The notes: generated by a model from the sequence alone, not told the origin. Counted from the first letter of the stretch, positions 26,074-39,750 are shown. The stretch: DNA of 64,000 bases from Trichosphaerium sp. ATCC 40318 (GCA_038496445.1 JALMLS010000166.1:1-64000); one strand, 5' to 3'. Numbers and translations are program-made.

Positions 26074-27051
26074 ATGGTGCGTTCTGAATATACATTTAAC
26101 AACGAATACAAGTGCAATACCTGCATCTTTGTAGCAGTGCTGTAACAACTGTTTTAAAATCATTCGTAGAGTCTGAACTTGACGTCACTCCCTGTAGAAG
26201 TACTTTGTTCGATTTATTCAGTTCTAGACGATGTAAGTAGATACAAGATTGCTCAGACATCCTGGTTTAGCGCTAATATTATACGACTTGAATTGGGACT
26301 CTGCGATATAGTTGTACAATCTGACGAACACGCAATGCAGCTTTCGAAGTATCGCGCCTTTATAAAGAAATCTTGTCTAAGAATAGACGCTGATAATGTC
26401 TCTAACCAAGGTATTAAAGCACTAGCTGGCGCTCATATTGTTGATTTGTTGGATTGCTATGATATCACTGATGAAGGAGTCAAAGCATTAGCAGGCATAC
26501 ACTCAATAAACCTTTGTGGGTGCGATAATGTGTCATCAGATGCGATTGCAACGCTTTCTGGTGTTCACACTGTTTCTCTTTGTAACTTGACTACAGTCAA
26601 TGATAACGCTGTAAAAGCACTAGCTGGAGCACATATAATGATCCTAGACGGGTGTGTTAACATTACAGATGAAGGTGTCAAACACCTGAAAGGCGTTCAT
26701 ACTATTGGTTTGTGCGATATCTACAACGTAACAGACGTTGGTGCAACAGCTCTTGCTGGAGCTCATACTATAGATCTTACTAGGACGTCAGTTTCAGACG
26801 TAGGCGTTTGTGCATTGGCTGGAGCACATACACTTATTTTGGAAGGTTTAAAGCACGTGACGGATGTAGGCATAAAAGCGGTTGCTGGAGTGCATACACT
26901 TAATGTGAAAGGATGCCCACGTGTTACTGATGCGAGTATGAATAGTATAGTTGGTGTGCGTGTCATTAATGTAACAGGAAGTGGTGTTACAGAAGAAGGA
27001 TTGAAAGTATTACAAGGACATGGCTATGAAGTAGATATTGAACAAGACTAA
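26074..27051 (+). CDS. F-box/LRR protein
   Basis: ATG|intron|SLNLTSLPVEVLCSIYSVL (F-box-like), then ~24-aa LRRs (VHTxxLxxxxxVTDxGVKAL). Confidence 0.8.
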
Positions 27052-27217
27052 GGATTAGAGTTTTATTTTTTCTTTTTGAGTTCATAATGTACCGGTATTA
27101 TGCAATGGTATAAATGTTTGTTTATTTTATTTACAAGTGTAGAGGTTGTGTAAGGAGAAAAGTGAGCGTGTTTGAAAAAAGACTTTTGTCACGTGGAGAT
27201 TTAACATATAATATAAA

Positions 27218-29607
27218 TTACATTTCTTCCAATAGTGGTTTTGCTCCTTCCTCGACTTTGATACCAGTTCCTGGCCTTGAAAGATTAGTTAGTACGTGCG
27301 AGTTAATATTTTTAAAGTATGGGTACTTGAAGTGCTCTATAGATGCGCCTATACTGGCCTTGTCTCCCTTCCACCAATACGGTATTCGGACCACTGTGAA
27401 CTCATTTTCTTCCAACTTTTCTATCTTTGCTTTGTCTCTAGACTTTTGTGACTGTGTTGGTCCAAACGCCCTAACTTCTGTATAGTGATGCTGACCTAAA
27501 ACATTACAAGTTATTAATAAAAAATCAAACAGTTCATGGAGCTGAAAACGTAAAATTTCTGTCAAAGAAATTCCCTTTATTTTCTTACCTTGGAATTCGA
27601 GTATCAACTTGAAATCTGGTACATAGACGTCTACAATCATAGCTGTCATCATACCCACCTGTTGCTGAAGATTATACTCTTCATATACTTTCCTTTTGGG
27701 ATAGTATTCGGCCGTGAAGATGTACATCATACTACATAAGAGGTAAGCATTTGTTTTTTATAATTTCCAAGAAATAAAGAAAACCAAAAAGTTTTCATCG
27801 TACCGCTGCACAGACCGCTTGTTCCCACTATGCAACTGTGCTGTAGACCAACTAAAGTTAGGGTATAGTATTTGTAGACTACCATCAAAATACTTGGGTG
27901 TACTAAGTTGTAAACCACCAAGATCTCCAATTTGCCTGAAATTACAAAAAATGAGTGGTTTTCGTACTTCCTTTTTAACCAACTATGGTTTTGTCGAATA
28001 TATAAATGTACCCGTGAGATATACGATACCATTCTTCTGGTCTATACACTCGATACTTAATCTCACAAACTAGAAAATACGTCAGCCAGACAAAGAACCA
28101 AAAACAACAAATCCAAAATTCTGTACTTCGTAAAAATTTTACAATTGCCGACTTTGAGTTCCAAGTCCCCTTTGGTGACTTCCTTCAAGATGTGTAAGCA
28201 ATAGACTCAAGTTATTTTTATGTTATCAATAAGAAAAAGTGTACATACTTGAATTTCCAGTCAATCCAGTCAAAGTGCGGGTACAAAGCTTTTAAAGCTT
28301 TTGATAAAAACTGGTCATATCTGAAAGAAGAATAACTACTTAACATACAATCCATTTTTTCTTATATGAGCAATGCCTTACCTGTTCATAAAGGATCTTC
28401 CTCCTTGTAATTCATGAATTTTTGTTTGTGGAATATAGTACCAGTCCTCTAGGATCTTTGCTCCGACTATTGGAGCAACATAAAAGTCCAGGTAATTCAA
28501 CCTATTTTTTTTGTCATGCCAATATCCTTGTGGTGCTTGTCTATCAATAATTAAGTTGATAGTATATATTTTGGAAGCATTAGAGTATATACTATAGCAT
28601 AGATGCTATTTGGGTACAATAAAACATAAGGACAATCCAAAAAAAGTGTTGCTTGGTTTTTTCATTGAAAAAGGAAAAAATAGGCTTTAGTGTACACAAA
28701 TTTCCATCCAAACCACTCAAAGTCACTGAATGTATATCTAAGTCCTGCTAGAAGAGAAGTATTGAACTGACTATAACGTTGTAAGTAAAAAATATGAAGA
28801 AAAAAAAGAAAAGAATGAGAAATGATTAATTTCGTTTTGATGTATTGGCAACGACCCGTACAACTTGAGTATAGCGTGCTGCCCAGTCTCAACCATTTTT
28901 TGTTGTGTGACTTCATACCAATCATCCAATGTCTTGACGTTCAATAATTCACCCACGTTCTGAAAGTATCTAGAAGTTAAAAGTGAAAAACCATTCAATT
29001 TTTTTCAGTTCTTTTTTTTGCAGGAAAATCTTTTTTTGGAATTGACTGTACTCACTTATGGATATTATGCTTACTGCGCCAGTAATTCCTGGGTGCTTGT
29101 CTAAAATATATAGTTAAATGATAAAGAACACAAGGTCATCATTTATCAAAACAGAACCAAGTTTTCGGGCAGTCAATAAAAAAAAATCCAAATGACAAAA
29201 AAGATCTTACACAAATATGTAATTATCCCAGTTATGCTCAGGGTACAATGAAATCATCATATCATGCATTGAATTGTTATATGCACTATAAATTACAGCG
29301 TTAGGATTGTTTTTGCCGTTTTAGGCGGTTTTCAACCAAGTTTGGTTTGACATTGGTAATAATACGTCATAATATGTTTATACGCACACAACCACTTGTG
29401 ACGCGCCAGCGTTAGCTAATTGAGCAAAAGTTAACACATGCCAATCCTGTACCAGCTTAACGTTGAGCCTTGGTGCGACTACGTTGTCCATAAGATTCCG
29501 TTGTTTGCTTCTACTGTACGGGTATGATCCTACACGGTTAAGTGTTTTGTAAATCACGTATTTAAACCTGACAATAGCCGCATAGCGCGGGAGCTCATGT
29601 TTGACAT
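27218..29607 (-). CDS. Tandem-repeat protein with C-terminal RAP/Vsr-like PD-(D/E)xK domain; possible mitochondrial presequence
   Basis: Recurrent DW..YP..W..WKF.QAP.GYW units; C-terminal IVDVYVPDFKLILEFQG|QHHY..RDKAK..VVRIPYWW; N-terminus MSNMSSRAMRLLSG. Confidence 0.7.
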
Positions 29608-29763
29608 GTTTTAACGGGAATAAGTATAAGTGGTTTTAAATGAGTCCTTTTGTTGTATTATTACTATTCGTAGCGTGTCGCTACGTAATTGTTGCCATTG
29701 TTGTGACTTGTGCTAATTCTAGACAGTCAACTTCATTCATTTTTCTTTGACACCTTTCACACC

Positions 29764-31918
29764 ATGCGCCAACGTCGCGGTAAGGATGCTACGCAGGCAA
29801 GTGACACGAAAAAAGAAAAGGAAGACAAAAAGCCTAAGCAAGGCTCTGTAACACTGTACGTATCACTTAAAAACGTTTTTGAACGATTTAAAGCTATTCA
29901 GCATCAATTTATTTCACACTTCAAGCTCATGAAATGACTTTTTTAACGTTGGCATACGCATAGACATATTGATCAGGCATTAAATGTCAAGTTTTATTAC
30001 AAATTATTTTGTACTAATGCTACTCAAGCACTGCCATCATTATTGTCGGTTTTCTTTCCGTTTTGTCATTCCTTGCAGCTGCCATAGTCATTTTATACCC
30101 TTACTTCAACGAACCTCCACCTCCACCTACACCAAACGAGCATGGCGTAGATACGACTACTATTTTCAAAAAATCATGGGAATTTGCTTCGGAGGTACGC
30201 ATAGAAACATAAAAAATGACCTTGAACCTATCCGTAATTTTTCGGTTTTTTTTCTTCTTGTAGACTGTTGTAGACTTCCTTTTGTTTAGTTCGCTGAAGC
30301 TGGCAAGCCAGTCTATGTTATTGACTCTATTGTTACTGAATGGAAAGCACTGAAATGGACAAAAGAATATCTAGTCAAGAAGGTAAGAAGACATAGTAGT
30401 ACATGGACATAACTTGCCGTATAGGCACCGAAGATAAAAAACGTGAGCAAAAGTTCCAATCCAACTTTTTTCTATTTTCGTAAAGAAGAACCCTTTGCAG
30501 CACTTGAAGATGTCAAAACTGCATCAGCAAGCGTACCTGAACGTATAGGTAAGCATAATAAGCAAATATACAAATACTCCTCTTACACGTGTTTGACTGA
30601 TTGAGCTCAATTTTTTTTTATCGCAGATATGGACATGGCGGATCTTATTTCAAAGATTGAGAATCCCAAAGACAAGAAAACGTTTTATTATTATTCTGAA
30701 TCTCTAGAAACAGTATCTAAGGATCTATTAAAAGATATAACACCAATAGAGCACTTACTAGTGCGAGATGAGAACGTACGTTCTTCGAAAAAAAAAATCA
30801 ATTAAAATCTTCCAGCTGAAAAAAAAGTTTTAGCGTCGACTTCCAAATAGTGTTAAGCTACAACTATGGATGGGTTCAAAAGGTACTTGTTGACTTGAGA
30901 TGTAGTTATATTTAATGAATTCATGTCAGGGACTATAACGCACATGCACTATGATTGGTCACATAATTTCAAGGTTGTTCTAAAGGGTAAGAAGCGGTTT
31001 GTTATGTATCCGCCAAAGGAATGGAAGAATCTTTATTTGTATCCGTTTTTACATCCAAACAAAACAAAAAGTCAAGTTGAAGTCACAAACCCGGACATGG
31101 CTAGGTTTCCTAATTTCAAAAAGTCTTTTCACTATGAGGTACGTACTAACAATGTAAATGGGTTAAAAGCTTATTGTACTTCAAACCTAGGCTGTGGTGT
31201 CTGCAGGTGAAATTCTCGTACGTTCTTATTTTTTTCTTAAACAAACAAAGAAGTCAAGCTCACGACTTTACACTAGTATATTCCACCTTTATGGTTCCAT
31301 CAAGTTACTGCACTGTAAGTATTAATAATGGTACAAAGATAAAGTAAACTTACGTAAGATAGGGAACCATCAATAAGCGTATCAGTGTGGACAGGTGCGC
31401 TTAACCTAAATACAGCGCATTACTTAACTGCTTTTTTCCTCAGAGAGTCAGCATCATACTAACTGGGATGCCCTTGGTACTTTTAATAAAATACATAGTT
31501 AGTACTAAATTAAATAATAGTGAAGCTTGGACTTCCTTTTAATAGCGATTGGGATGGTAAAACGAAGATAACTGCTAGTGTTGTTTTTTTGCAAATGATT
31601 TTGGACAAAATTGTTCCTGACACCTCCTCCTTTATTCGTGAGTTATACAATATTCGATACCTCAATTTTATAAAGAAGGTACCAAGTGTTATGGATAAAA
31701 CATGGAAGCTTTGTCCGTCCCTAAGCGAGGTACAAGGATTTGAGTCAAGGTCTATTTTTGATGCTGAAATCGATGAACATTTTGTCGCTTTGATAGAAGG
31801 TATACCAATGCCAAATCGTCAAATTTGGCTAGGAAATTATGTAGAGTTAGTAGCAAACTTGGTTGTTGATATAACACAAGTAGCTGCATACATGAACTGT
31901 CTCAAGAGAGTATTGTAA
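29764..31918 (+). CDS. JmjC (cupin-8) 2-oxoglutarate/Fe(II) hydroxylase with N-terminal membrane anchor
   Basis: LWMGSK|GTITHMHYDWSHNFKVVLKGKKRF (HxD), LYIPPLWFHQV (distal His), hydrophobic segment IIIVGFLSVLSFLAAAIVILY. Confidence 0.85.
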
Positions 31919-32422
31919 AAAAAAGAAAAAAAAAAAAGCAAATTCAAATAAACACGTGTCGTTTTTTAAAACAACAAGATACCTATTTGCTATTTATTTA
32001 GCCTCTTACATTAACCCAGTTGATATTGCAAGTTTGTCCGTTACTACTCCGTACATTGCAAAAGTAGGTCTGGCACGTGCAACATGGATTAGTTCTTGAA
32101 CCCAGTCCAAAATATTTGTTGTGCTGGAAAAAACAGCAAACGCATTTGCATTCACATTCAGAGTGAGGTGAACCTCACGCAACAGTTGTAAACTGACATC
32201 CCTGTAGTAGCCACTGACTGAAATATTCTTTCAAAAATCGTTTTGTAAATTGGAAGAGTCTACAACATCCCCCTGATTGTACGTATAAGCTCTTTGCTAC
32301 CATTACCACCTAACCAAAGCATTTTTCAATAACAATACCTTGTCTACCTATAGGGAATACTAAACAAATACATAAACAAGTGCAATGTAAATTTTATTGC
32401 ACTGTCCGCAGTAGCATTTATT

Positions 32423-32639
32423 TTATGCTGAAATGTGCAACCACATGTTTGGTATTTTGTCCTTTTCAATATTTATGACTGTTACACCTGCCAATTGTTT
32501 TATCCCATCATTCGTTAATGTACAACTACCCAAGTCAATATGATGCACACCTGCCAAACATGATAGAGCATTATCTCTTAGTTGTGTACAACCATACATC
32601 TCTATACAGGGTATACCAGCCAGAAGTTTCATCACGTGC
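32423..32639 (-). pseudogene. LRR fragment or orphan exon related to the F-box/LRR family
   Basis: LAGIPCIEMYGCTQLRDNALSCLAGVHHIDLGSCTLTNDGIKQLAGV; only 2-3 repeats, preceded by a CTAAC branch site and AG. Confidence 0.55.
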
Positions 32640-32727
32640 CTTGAAGATTATTTTTGCAATTGTTTCGTTGTGTTAGAAAATACTCAACTCCTTCATCTTG
32701 AATTTGTTAATTGCTGAACGATTGATT

Positions 32728-34071
32728 TTATTGTAAGTTACACCTCTTTCCTTTTACTTTTTTCACTTCTGCGTTTATTGCAAGACGAATAGCTTCATCA
32801 AAAGCTTTTTTGAAACCTTTACAAGTGAGCGCTGACATTTCAAGATATTTTGCAACTTCCGACTTTTGGGCTAAACCAAGACCTTCATCGTACTGTACTG
32901 ATGAAGGATCTAAAGAAAAAAAAAATTAATGTCAAATCCAAACAATCAAGTTTTCTTCGTTTTGTATGTCATACCATCCTTTCTTAAATCAACTTTAGTA
33001 CCAACAAGTAGTATGGGTACGTTTGGTAAGTTTCTTCTGACTTCAGGTATCCAGTTATTGATAGCGTTATGTAACGATTGTCTATTAACAAGGGAGAAAC
33101 AAACCATGATAATATCCTGGTGTTTATACGCTATTTGTCGAAGTCTATCATAATCTGATCCTCCTGGCATATCTACTATAGCAAGCTGTATTATCTGACA
33201 ATCCCACATGATATTAGCTGGGTAACATTCCATGACACCTGGTATCTGAAAGAAAAAAAAATCAAAAAGAGGATTATTTAATAGGGTATGGAATTCCCAT
33301 TCGGATTTAAAATGTGACAGTATAAATCGTACGGTGACTAAATTAACGTCATAAGAGTACGTACATATTCTCCAGGGAAAGCATTGGTTGTATAACTTAT
33401 AATAGCGCAAGTCTTTCCTAAACTGAATAAAAAAGTTGTTCACCACCAACAGTTTTCTTGACTTTCTCCGTTTTTCTTGACGAAAAAGAGGGTATAAAAA
33501 AAAATAAATCACGTGCCTACACCAACATCTCCCACAAGTGCTAGGTTTATTTTACCAGCATGCTAGTTTCGGTTTCCATAGAGAGTACACAACAATATTT
33601 TTTTAGCACACGTGACGCACCTGTATGCCTTCTTGCTCCACAATGCCTTTTTCACCAGACCATTTCACCAACGAAACTTTAAACAACCCTTTTTTAAGAC
33701 GATCAGACGACAATCAAAATGTCAATGGTTTGATACCTTTGTAGTGTTTTTGGTTCTTCATATCCTTGAATCCGATTAGAAACTGTTTTAATACCATCAC
33801 AGACTCTTACCTCAGGTGATGGAGGCTCCCAGGACCTAGCACCAGGGAATTCAAGTATATGGCGTTCCCATACCGTATTTTTTGTTGTAAGGTTCTCCCA
33901 ATGCCAAGAGACAAGGCATAGTGAACATAAATCGTACCTAGAATGTTTTTAAAAACGAAAACGGTTTTTTTTTGTTGATTCGCCTAACAGTCATTGATCG
34001 TACCACTCTACATTGGAGAAAACCTCAAGCCAGATTATATCAGGAAGTGTTTCCCACGTTAAACCAGACAT
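32728..34071 (-). CDS. F-box domain fused to an atypical Rho/Rac-family GTPase with C-terminal CAAX
   Basis: Spliced [23 protein letters not shown]|[38 protein letters not shown]|[17 protein letters not shown]|[48 protein letters not shown]. Confidence 0.8.
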
Positions 34072-34475
34072 TGCGTTTTGGAGGTTTTGACAAGTCTTTT
34101 CTGTTCAAGACCTCTATACGGTCTCTTTGATTACAGCTCCTTCACGCGCTTTTTCTATCGACATATTATTGTATTAAACAACATCCAGATGAGCTGTATT
34201 GGTTCTTTTCACGCGATGTCCACTTGTAGTTTCCTGTACACGTGACAATTATGTAAGTCGTATTCCACATAAAAATCCATACAGTGATTATTGATTGTAG
34301 AACTTTAGTTAACTGAAAATCTAATGAATACTCACTATTCTCACAAAAGACTGTTGCTGTATATCGACAATGAGGGACAAAGCATAAAATTTGTTTAATT
34401 TTTTTGTTTTTTTTGTACAATTGCAGGCGAGCTTTGGTGTTGCAACAATAACGCCTTTTTTTTTTCTTGTTTTTC

Positions 34476-37400
34476 TTACTTGTTGGCGTTCTTTTGACAC
34501 ATCTGAATAAATTCTGGGTATCTAAGCAACAACATGAGTGAATAACAACCCACCACGTGAAAAAAAATAAAAAAGAAAAAAAGAAGAAAGCAAAAAACGT
34601 ACGAGAAAGTCTTTTGTTGTCGATCTTCAACAAAATGACTGAAAAAATATTGATCTGAAGGTTGTCCTTGTGAGAAGATAAGGAGCTGTTGAAAGTAAGG
34701 TCTATTCCTTCTAATATCACCAATAATACATCTAACACGCTCTGAAAGTGATGTAGTATCCTTAGAAGGCACAAGAGACAGCTAAAAAGACAAACAAGTC
34801 AACAACCTTGAAAACAAAAAAAAAACAAAAAAAAACAAGATTTGTTCTTTAACGCCACTTGGTGACGTCAAAAATGAGAGCCAGTATCTTTGATAGTAGC
34901 AATAGATTCACTAAAAGATGAAAAAGTATTGTAGGTGTTTGTTTAAGTACCTTTGAGAGATCGACATTCTGTAGAGAAGAGACACCAAAGAGTGAATTGA
35001 CAACATCACCCATTGCTTGTCCACCAATCCATACGATGATATTGATACCATTATCTAATAGATAGATACCTGTACGATCTATTCTAGCTGAAGAAAGACC
35101 TAATATTGCAGGCATGGTAGTTCGACCAGTGTTAGGATCAACCTGACCCATTTCTGGTGCAAGATTGTGTATTGAGTAAAGACGTGGATACATCATCGCT
35201 GTAGCAAGTTCTAAATAGATAATATAAGCAAAATAGCATATTCAACATATAATAGCAGTTTTAGAGGAAGTATTTGGGATGAGGTCCACAAGTGGAACAA
35301 AAAGGGGATCATATAAAAAAAGTTTCACTGAAAAAATCCCTTGTTTTTCACGTGCCTATTGAACTGCTCTTGAAGAGGCAGCACACTGCAGCTCTGAAAT
35401 CTGGTGTAACTCCCATTGACCCAGATCGGAATACAGGTGACTTAATAAGTCCAAGAACGTAAAGAGGAAGAAGTGAAAGAGCTGGAGGTAGCATTTGTGC
35501 GCCAACACCGGAATTTCCAAGAAGTGTTTTATATTGCTTCATAATGGCCACACACTTGTTTACAATAGCCTCTCTTGCAACTCTAAGATTACTTTCAAGT
35601 GCTTTATCAATAGCTAAAGTAAAAATAAGCGAACAGAAGTCAAAGACAGATCAAGGAAAGCGAAAGTTCATCAACATTTTCGTACCCATTTTACCCATAA
35701 GGCTTACTATTGGTATCAAGTTTCCTGACTCAAGAATCTGTCTTGGGCTCTTTGAAGATGGCATACAAACAGTCAATGAACGTATTCTTCTATCACCTTG
35801 AGTAGATGTATAAAGTAATGCTGTTTGAATCAAAACATAAGGTTTATCGAAATCTTTAGTAGGAGCCAATTGAACACCGAATCCCTAATAGAAAAATAAA
35901 TATAACCACGTGGTACTTATAAAAAATAGTTCTTCTAATATCTATAAAAATAAACATACCTTATCTGCATCTGTAACAGGCAATGACAACAAGTCCTTAT
36001 GCCTTAAAAAGAAATTTCCGAAATATCTGTTAATTTTCACATTCTTTGAAGCACGAACACGCATAACAGCTTCCCAAGCAGTCTGACGTGTTAATGTATG
36101 TCTTAACTCTTTACAAAGCTTCTCTAAGTGTCTAGCAGGTAGATACTCTGGGTAATAAGCAATCTGACCGCCAGTAATCGTGCAAAGAGTTCCAATCGTC
36201 GGAACATCAAGAGGTTTAGATGAAAAGAAACAACCATCAAATCCTACTTGACATCCAATGCATTCCTCAGCTAGAGCTGTATAAAAATCTCCTTGAGGCT
36301 TCATCATATTGATTTCTTTATCTTGACCAAGTAACTTTGGATCATAACGCTTCTTGAGCGCACCAAGGCCACTTATTGGCGTTGAAGATGAAAAAAATGT
36401 TATTTTTCCGCCCATGTGTTTAACTACTTGAACAGCAGTTTTAAGCGCAGAGCCTACAACACAACTTGTCAGAATTATTGAAAAAAAAAAGAAAAACAAA
36501 CTGAAAAAAAAAAAAAGAAAAAGTCAAATTCTCAGTTTGTTCTTACCTAAGCAGGCGTGTACGCCTTGTGTTTGTGCAAACATCTTTGGTAATCGCTCTA
36601 ATAAAGCCCGTACTTGTGGCATAGATGTTCTGAGATCAGTCAATAGTGTTTCCATTGTACCAGGAACAAACGCTTCTTTTGGGTTTTCAGCAACAACAAA
36701 CATTTCAGGCAAGCTCGCTCCTTCTTTGAAGCTGTAAAGGTGTACAGCTGCATCGAATGTGATGAACCCAATCTTTGTTCTATCTCCACCTGGTAGATCA
36801 TCTAATAGACCCTCTATAGCCTTGGCTATACCTTTAAGGAGACCTGCAGCGACTACTGGATAGGAGACATCGATAACAAAGAAATAAACAGATGGCATTG
36901 GTGGTCTAACCATGTAGTCTTGAGGGGCTAGGAACTCAACAGCACAGTGTGTTAGTTCAGGACGTGTTGTGACATCTGTTCTGTAACCATTGGCATCAAG
37001 ACCACAGACATAGGCGTCCTTCACTATCGCGAACATTAATTTTTATCAAAATTTTTCTTTACCTCAAAAAATGGTGTAGAAAAACCGTTTTACGGCGAAA
37101 ACTGTTTTGAATGGAAGGAATTTCTGTCTCAACAGTGTTTTTGTGAGTTTTTTTTGACATACCTTCGTTTAGGAAAGAGCAAAATGAGCATGTCCAGCGT
37201 CTGCCCATCTCTACAAAGCGAACGTATGGATTGATATAGGCCCTACACCTTCTGCAGCGAATGACGCCAATTGCTCCAAAATCTACCATTGGAAGGTTCT
37301 AAACGATACGTGTGAATATTGTGAAGAGTATTGAAGCGTTACCTGAGCAGTTCGGGCAAGTGGAGTGACGATACAACCCATAGGCAATGAACACCCTCGC

Positions 37401-37735
37401 TCCGCTTCTAGAGTAGCTGGAAACATCTTTGCGGTAGTCTGGCAAAGTTCTGGTGGGCAAGGGACAATATGTGACGGGTGCTGACGTTGAGGTTGTGTTT
37501 GAAACTGTCCTCCGCCTACCGTAGGTGTATACGCTTGAGGTGCCATTTGGGCATTTGTAGGTGGTACAGCACCAACACCAACAGCAGGAAATGTAGGCGC
37601 TGTGGCGGCAATACCTGGCGCAGGGGTAATAGGTTGTGTTGGAGCGCCATAATTTGGTGTAAACGTTGTTGGATTGACTGGGGCTGCCCCAGTGTTTGCT
37701 GGGGTTGACATGGATGGATAGACGCGTCTAGACAT
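34476..37735 (-). CDS. SEC24: COPII coat subunit Sec24 (A/B type)
   Basis: Zn finger IRCRRCRAYINPY..WTCSFC, RPELTHCAVEFLAPQDYMVRPP, FFVIDVS trunk domain, WEAVMRVRAS, QTALLYTSTQGDRRIR, YPRLY, gelsolin-like end. Confidence 0.95.
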
Positions 37736-38192
37736 TTTTTGCGACACGTAGAATGCTACGTTGACAAGCTGAAAGAACTTAACGTAAACTTAAAGCAATT
37801 AGCAATTAAGTTAATGTGCCCAAAAAAAACCTTGTTGTTGCAGGTACAACTCTTCAAAACCGGCAACCGGTAACGCCCCAATAAACAAGGAGCACCCTAA
37901 ATGGACATATAAAAAAATAGGCTTAACAACTGTGGTTGTGCACGTGTTTTTATCCAGAAAAATGATGTCTGTTTGAAATTGTTCTTTTTTTTTTATTTCA
38001 TTCTAGGACACGACGCCAAGCGCTACGATCTACTTTTTAGTGATTGTATTACGTGCGCTTGGCATCAGGTACTATAGTACAAGATTTACCACAGGTATTA
38101 AAGACCTGTGGAAGGCGTCTCGAGACGGTATATTTTTTTTTTTTTGAAAGGTAAAAATGTTCTGTATCGCTTTGTTCAAAAAAAAATCATTC

Positions 38193-39750
38193 CTACTTGG
38201 ATTGTGATGAATCAGAATCATAACGACGCCTCTTTCTTGCTCTTCCATCGCTACTAGACGAAGAAGAAGAGCGAGAAGAAGAACGACTCCTAGAACGAGA
38301 AGAAGACGAAGAAGAACCAGACCTAGATGACGAAGGTGATCTTGATCGTCGTCTTCTTGGAGGACTTCTTCGTCGACCTCTTCGAGGACTATATGCTGGC
38401 CTACAAAAAACGATAAGTACAACTGAAAACAAGCACAAAAAAAAAGCTGTCTAAATTGCGTCACGCACCTTCTTCTGTCGTCTCTACGACGTATAGGCGA
38501 CCGTCTACCTCTAGGCGGGGATCTAGAGCGATCACCACGAGTATCACGCTTATCTACAGCACTCTTTTCATTCGTTTTTTCAACTTCCTTACGCTCAGGA
38601 GAAGCCTCCTTCTTCACCTCCTCCTTTTTCACCTCATCCTTACGATCTCTATTACTCCTGCTTGAACTTCTTGCACGCTTGCTCTCTGAAGGCCTTTCTC
38701 TGCTCTTTTCATCACGTCCACGACGATCTCTATTATCACGACCTCTATCTCTATCATCACGCCTTCTATCAGCTGGACGTCTATCTCTGTCGCCGAATCT
38801 ATCACGGTTATTCCGCTCAGGACTTGGTCTGGATCTCTTAATGCCTCGTCTGTCTGGAGAGCGATCTCTCCTATCCCTATCGCCATTGTATCGTCGCACA
38901 GGTGAACGTCTGTCTTCAGAGCGGTTGCGAGCATCTCGTGCCGGTTTATCGTCCGATTCACGCGTAAATCGGTCTCCAGTGTTACCAACAAGGCGTCCTT
39001 CTCTCTCAGCCCTTCTACGGTGTTTACGCTCTGATTTTTCGCGTTTCAAACGCTTGGCATCTGCTTCTAGACGTGCTTGCATCCTGGCTTTTTTGGCCTC
39101 CTCTTGGCGTTCTCGGTCAAATGCATAGCCTTGTTCGTAGTTTGTGTCGATTCCAAGGGCGTTAGCCATAGATGTCATTTGTTTTTCTTTTCTTGCTGCT
39201 AACGTGTGAGAATCGGTCCTAGTAACGTGTGAGAACTACCTTAGGCGAATAGGGTGATTTTCATAGTGAAAGGTCTCAACTTACTTTTTTCTGTTTCGTT
39301 GGCGTTCCTTTTGGTCCAATGCTGCCTCTTCTTGCTCAAACTTCTTTCTTTGCTTATCCATTTCAGCATCAATGGCTTCTTGTGGTAATCTGTGATTAAA
39401 AAAGGTCAGATGGTACACAAACGCTACAAGTAGGCATATACGACGACGTAGATCGTTCGAAATTGTGAATAACAGCTCAATTTAAAATTAACTGCTCAAA
39501 CGCACCCTGAGTCTAATAAATCTTGTTCCTCGGCCCATTCGAGTAGTTTAATTTCTATTTGCCTCTTTTTATCGTGTGCTAATATTGCTTTGTCTGGTTT
39601 ACGTTGACGTGGTTTAGCTGCGTCGTCCAGGTTATCAGTTCTGAAGTGACTAATATTCTTTTTCCATGACGGCAAGCTAGCCCAATTGCGCTGCACATAA
39701 CCACTTGTACCAGAACCCCTAGGGGTACGCAATCCAATACCGTTGTACAT
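38193..39750 (-). CDS. CWC21: Pre-mRNA splicing factor CWC21/SRRM2-like
   Basis: [63 protein letters not shown]-rich tail. Confidence 0.92.

Noticed and set aside
38456-39128. Plus-strand ORFs within CWC21
   Set aside because: Antisense shadows of low-complexity RS/RD coding sequence.
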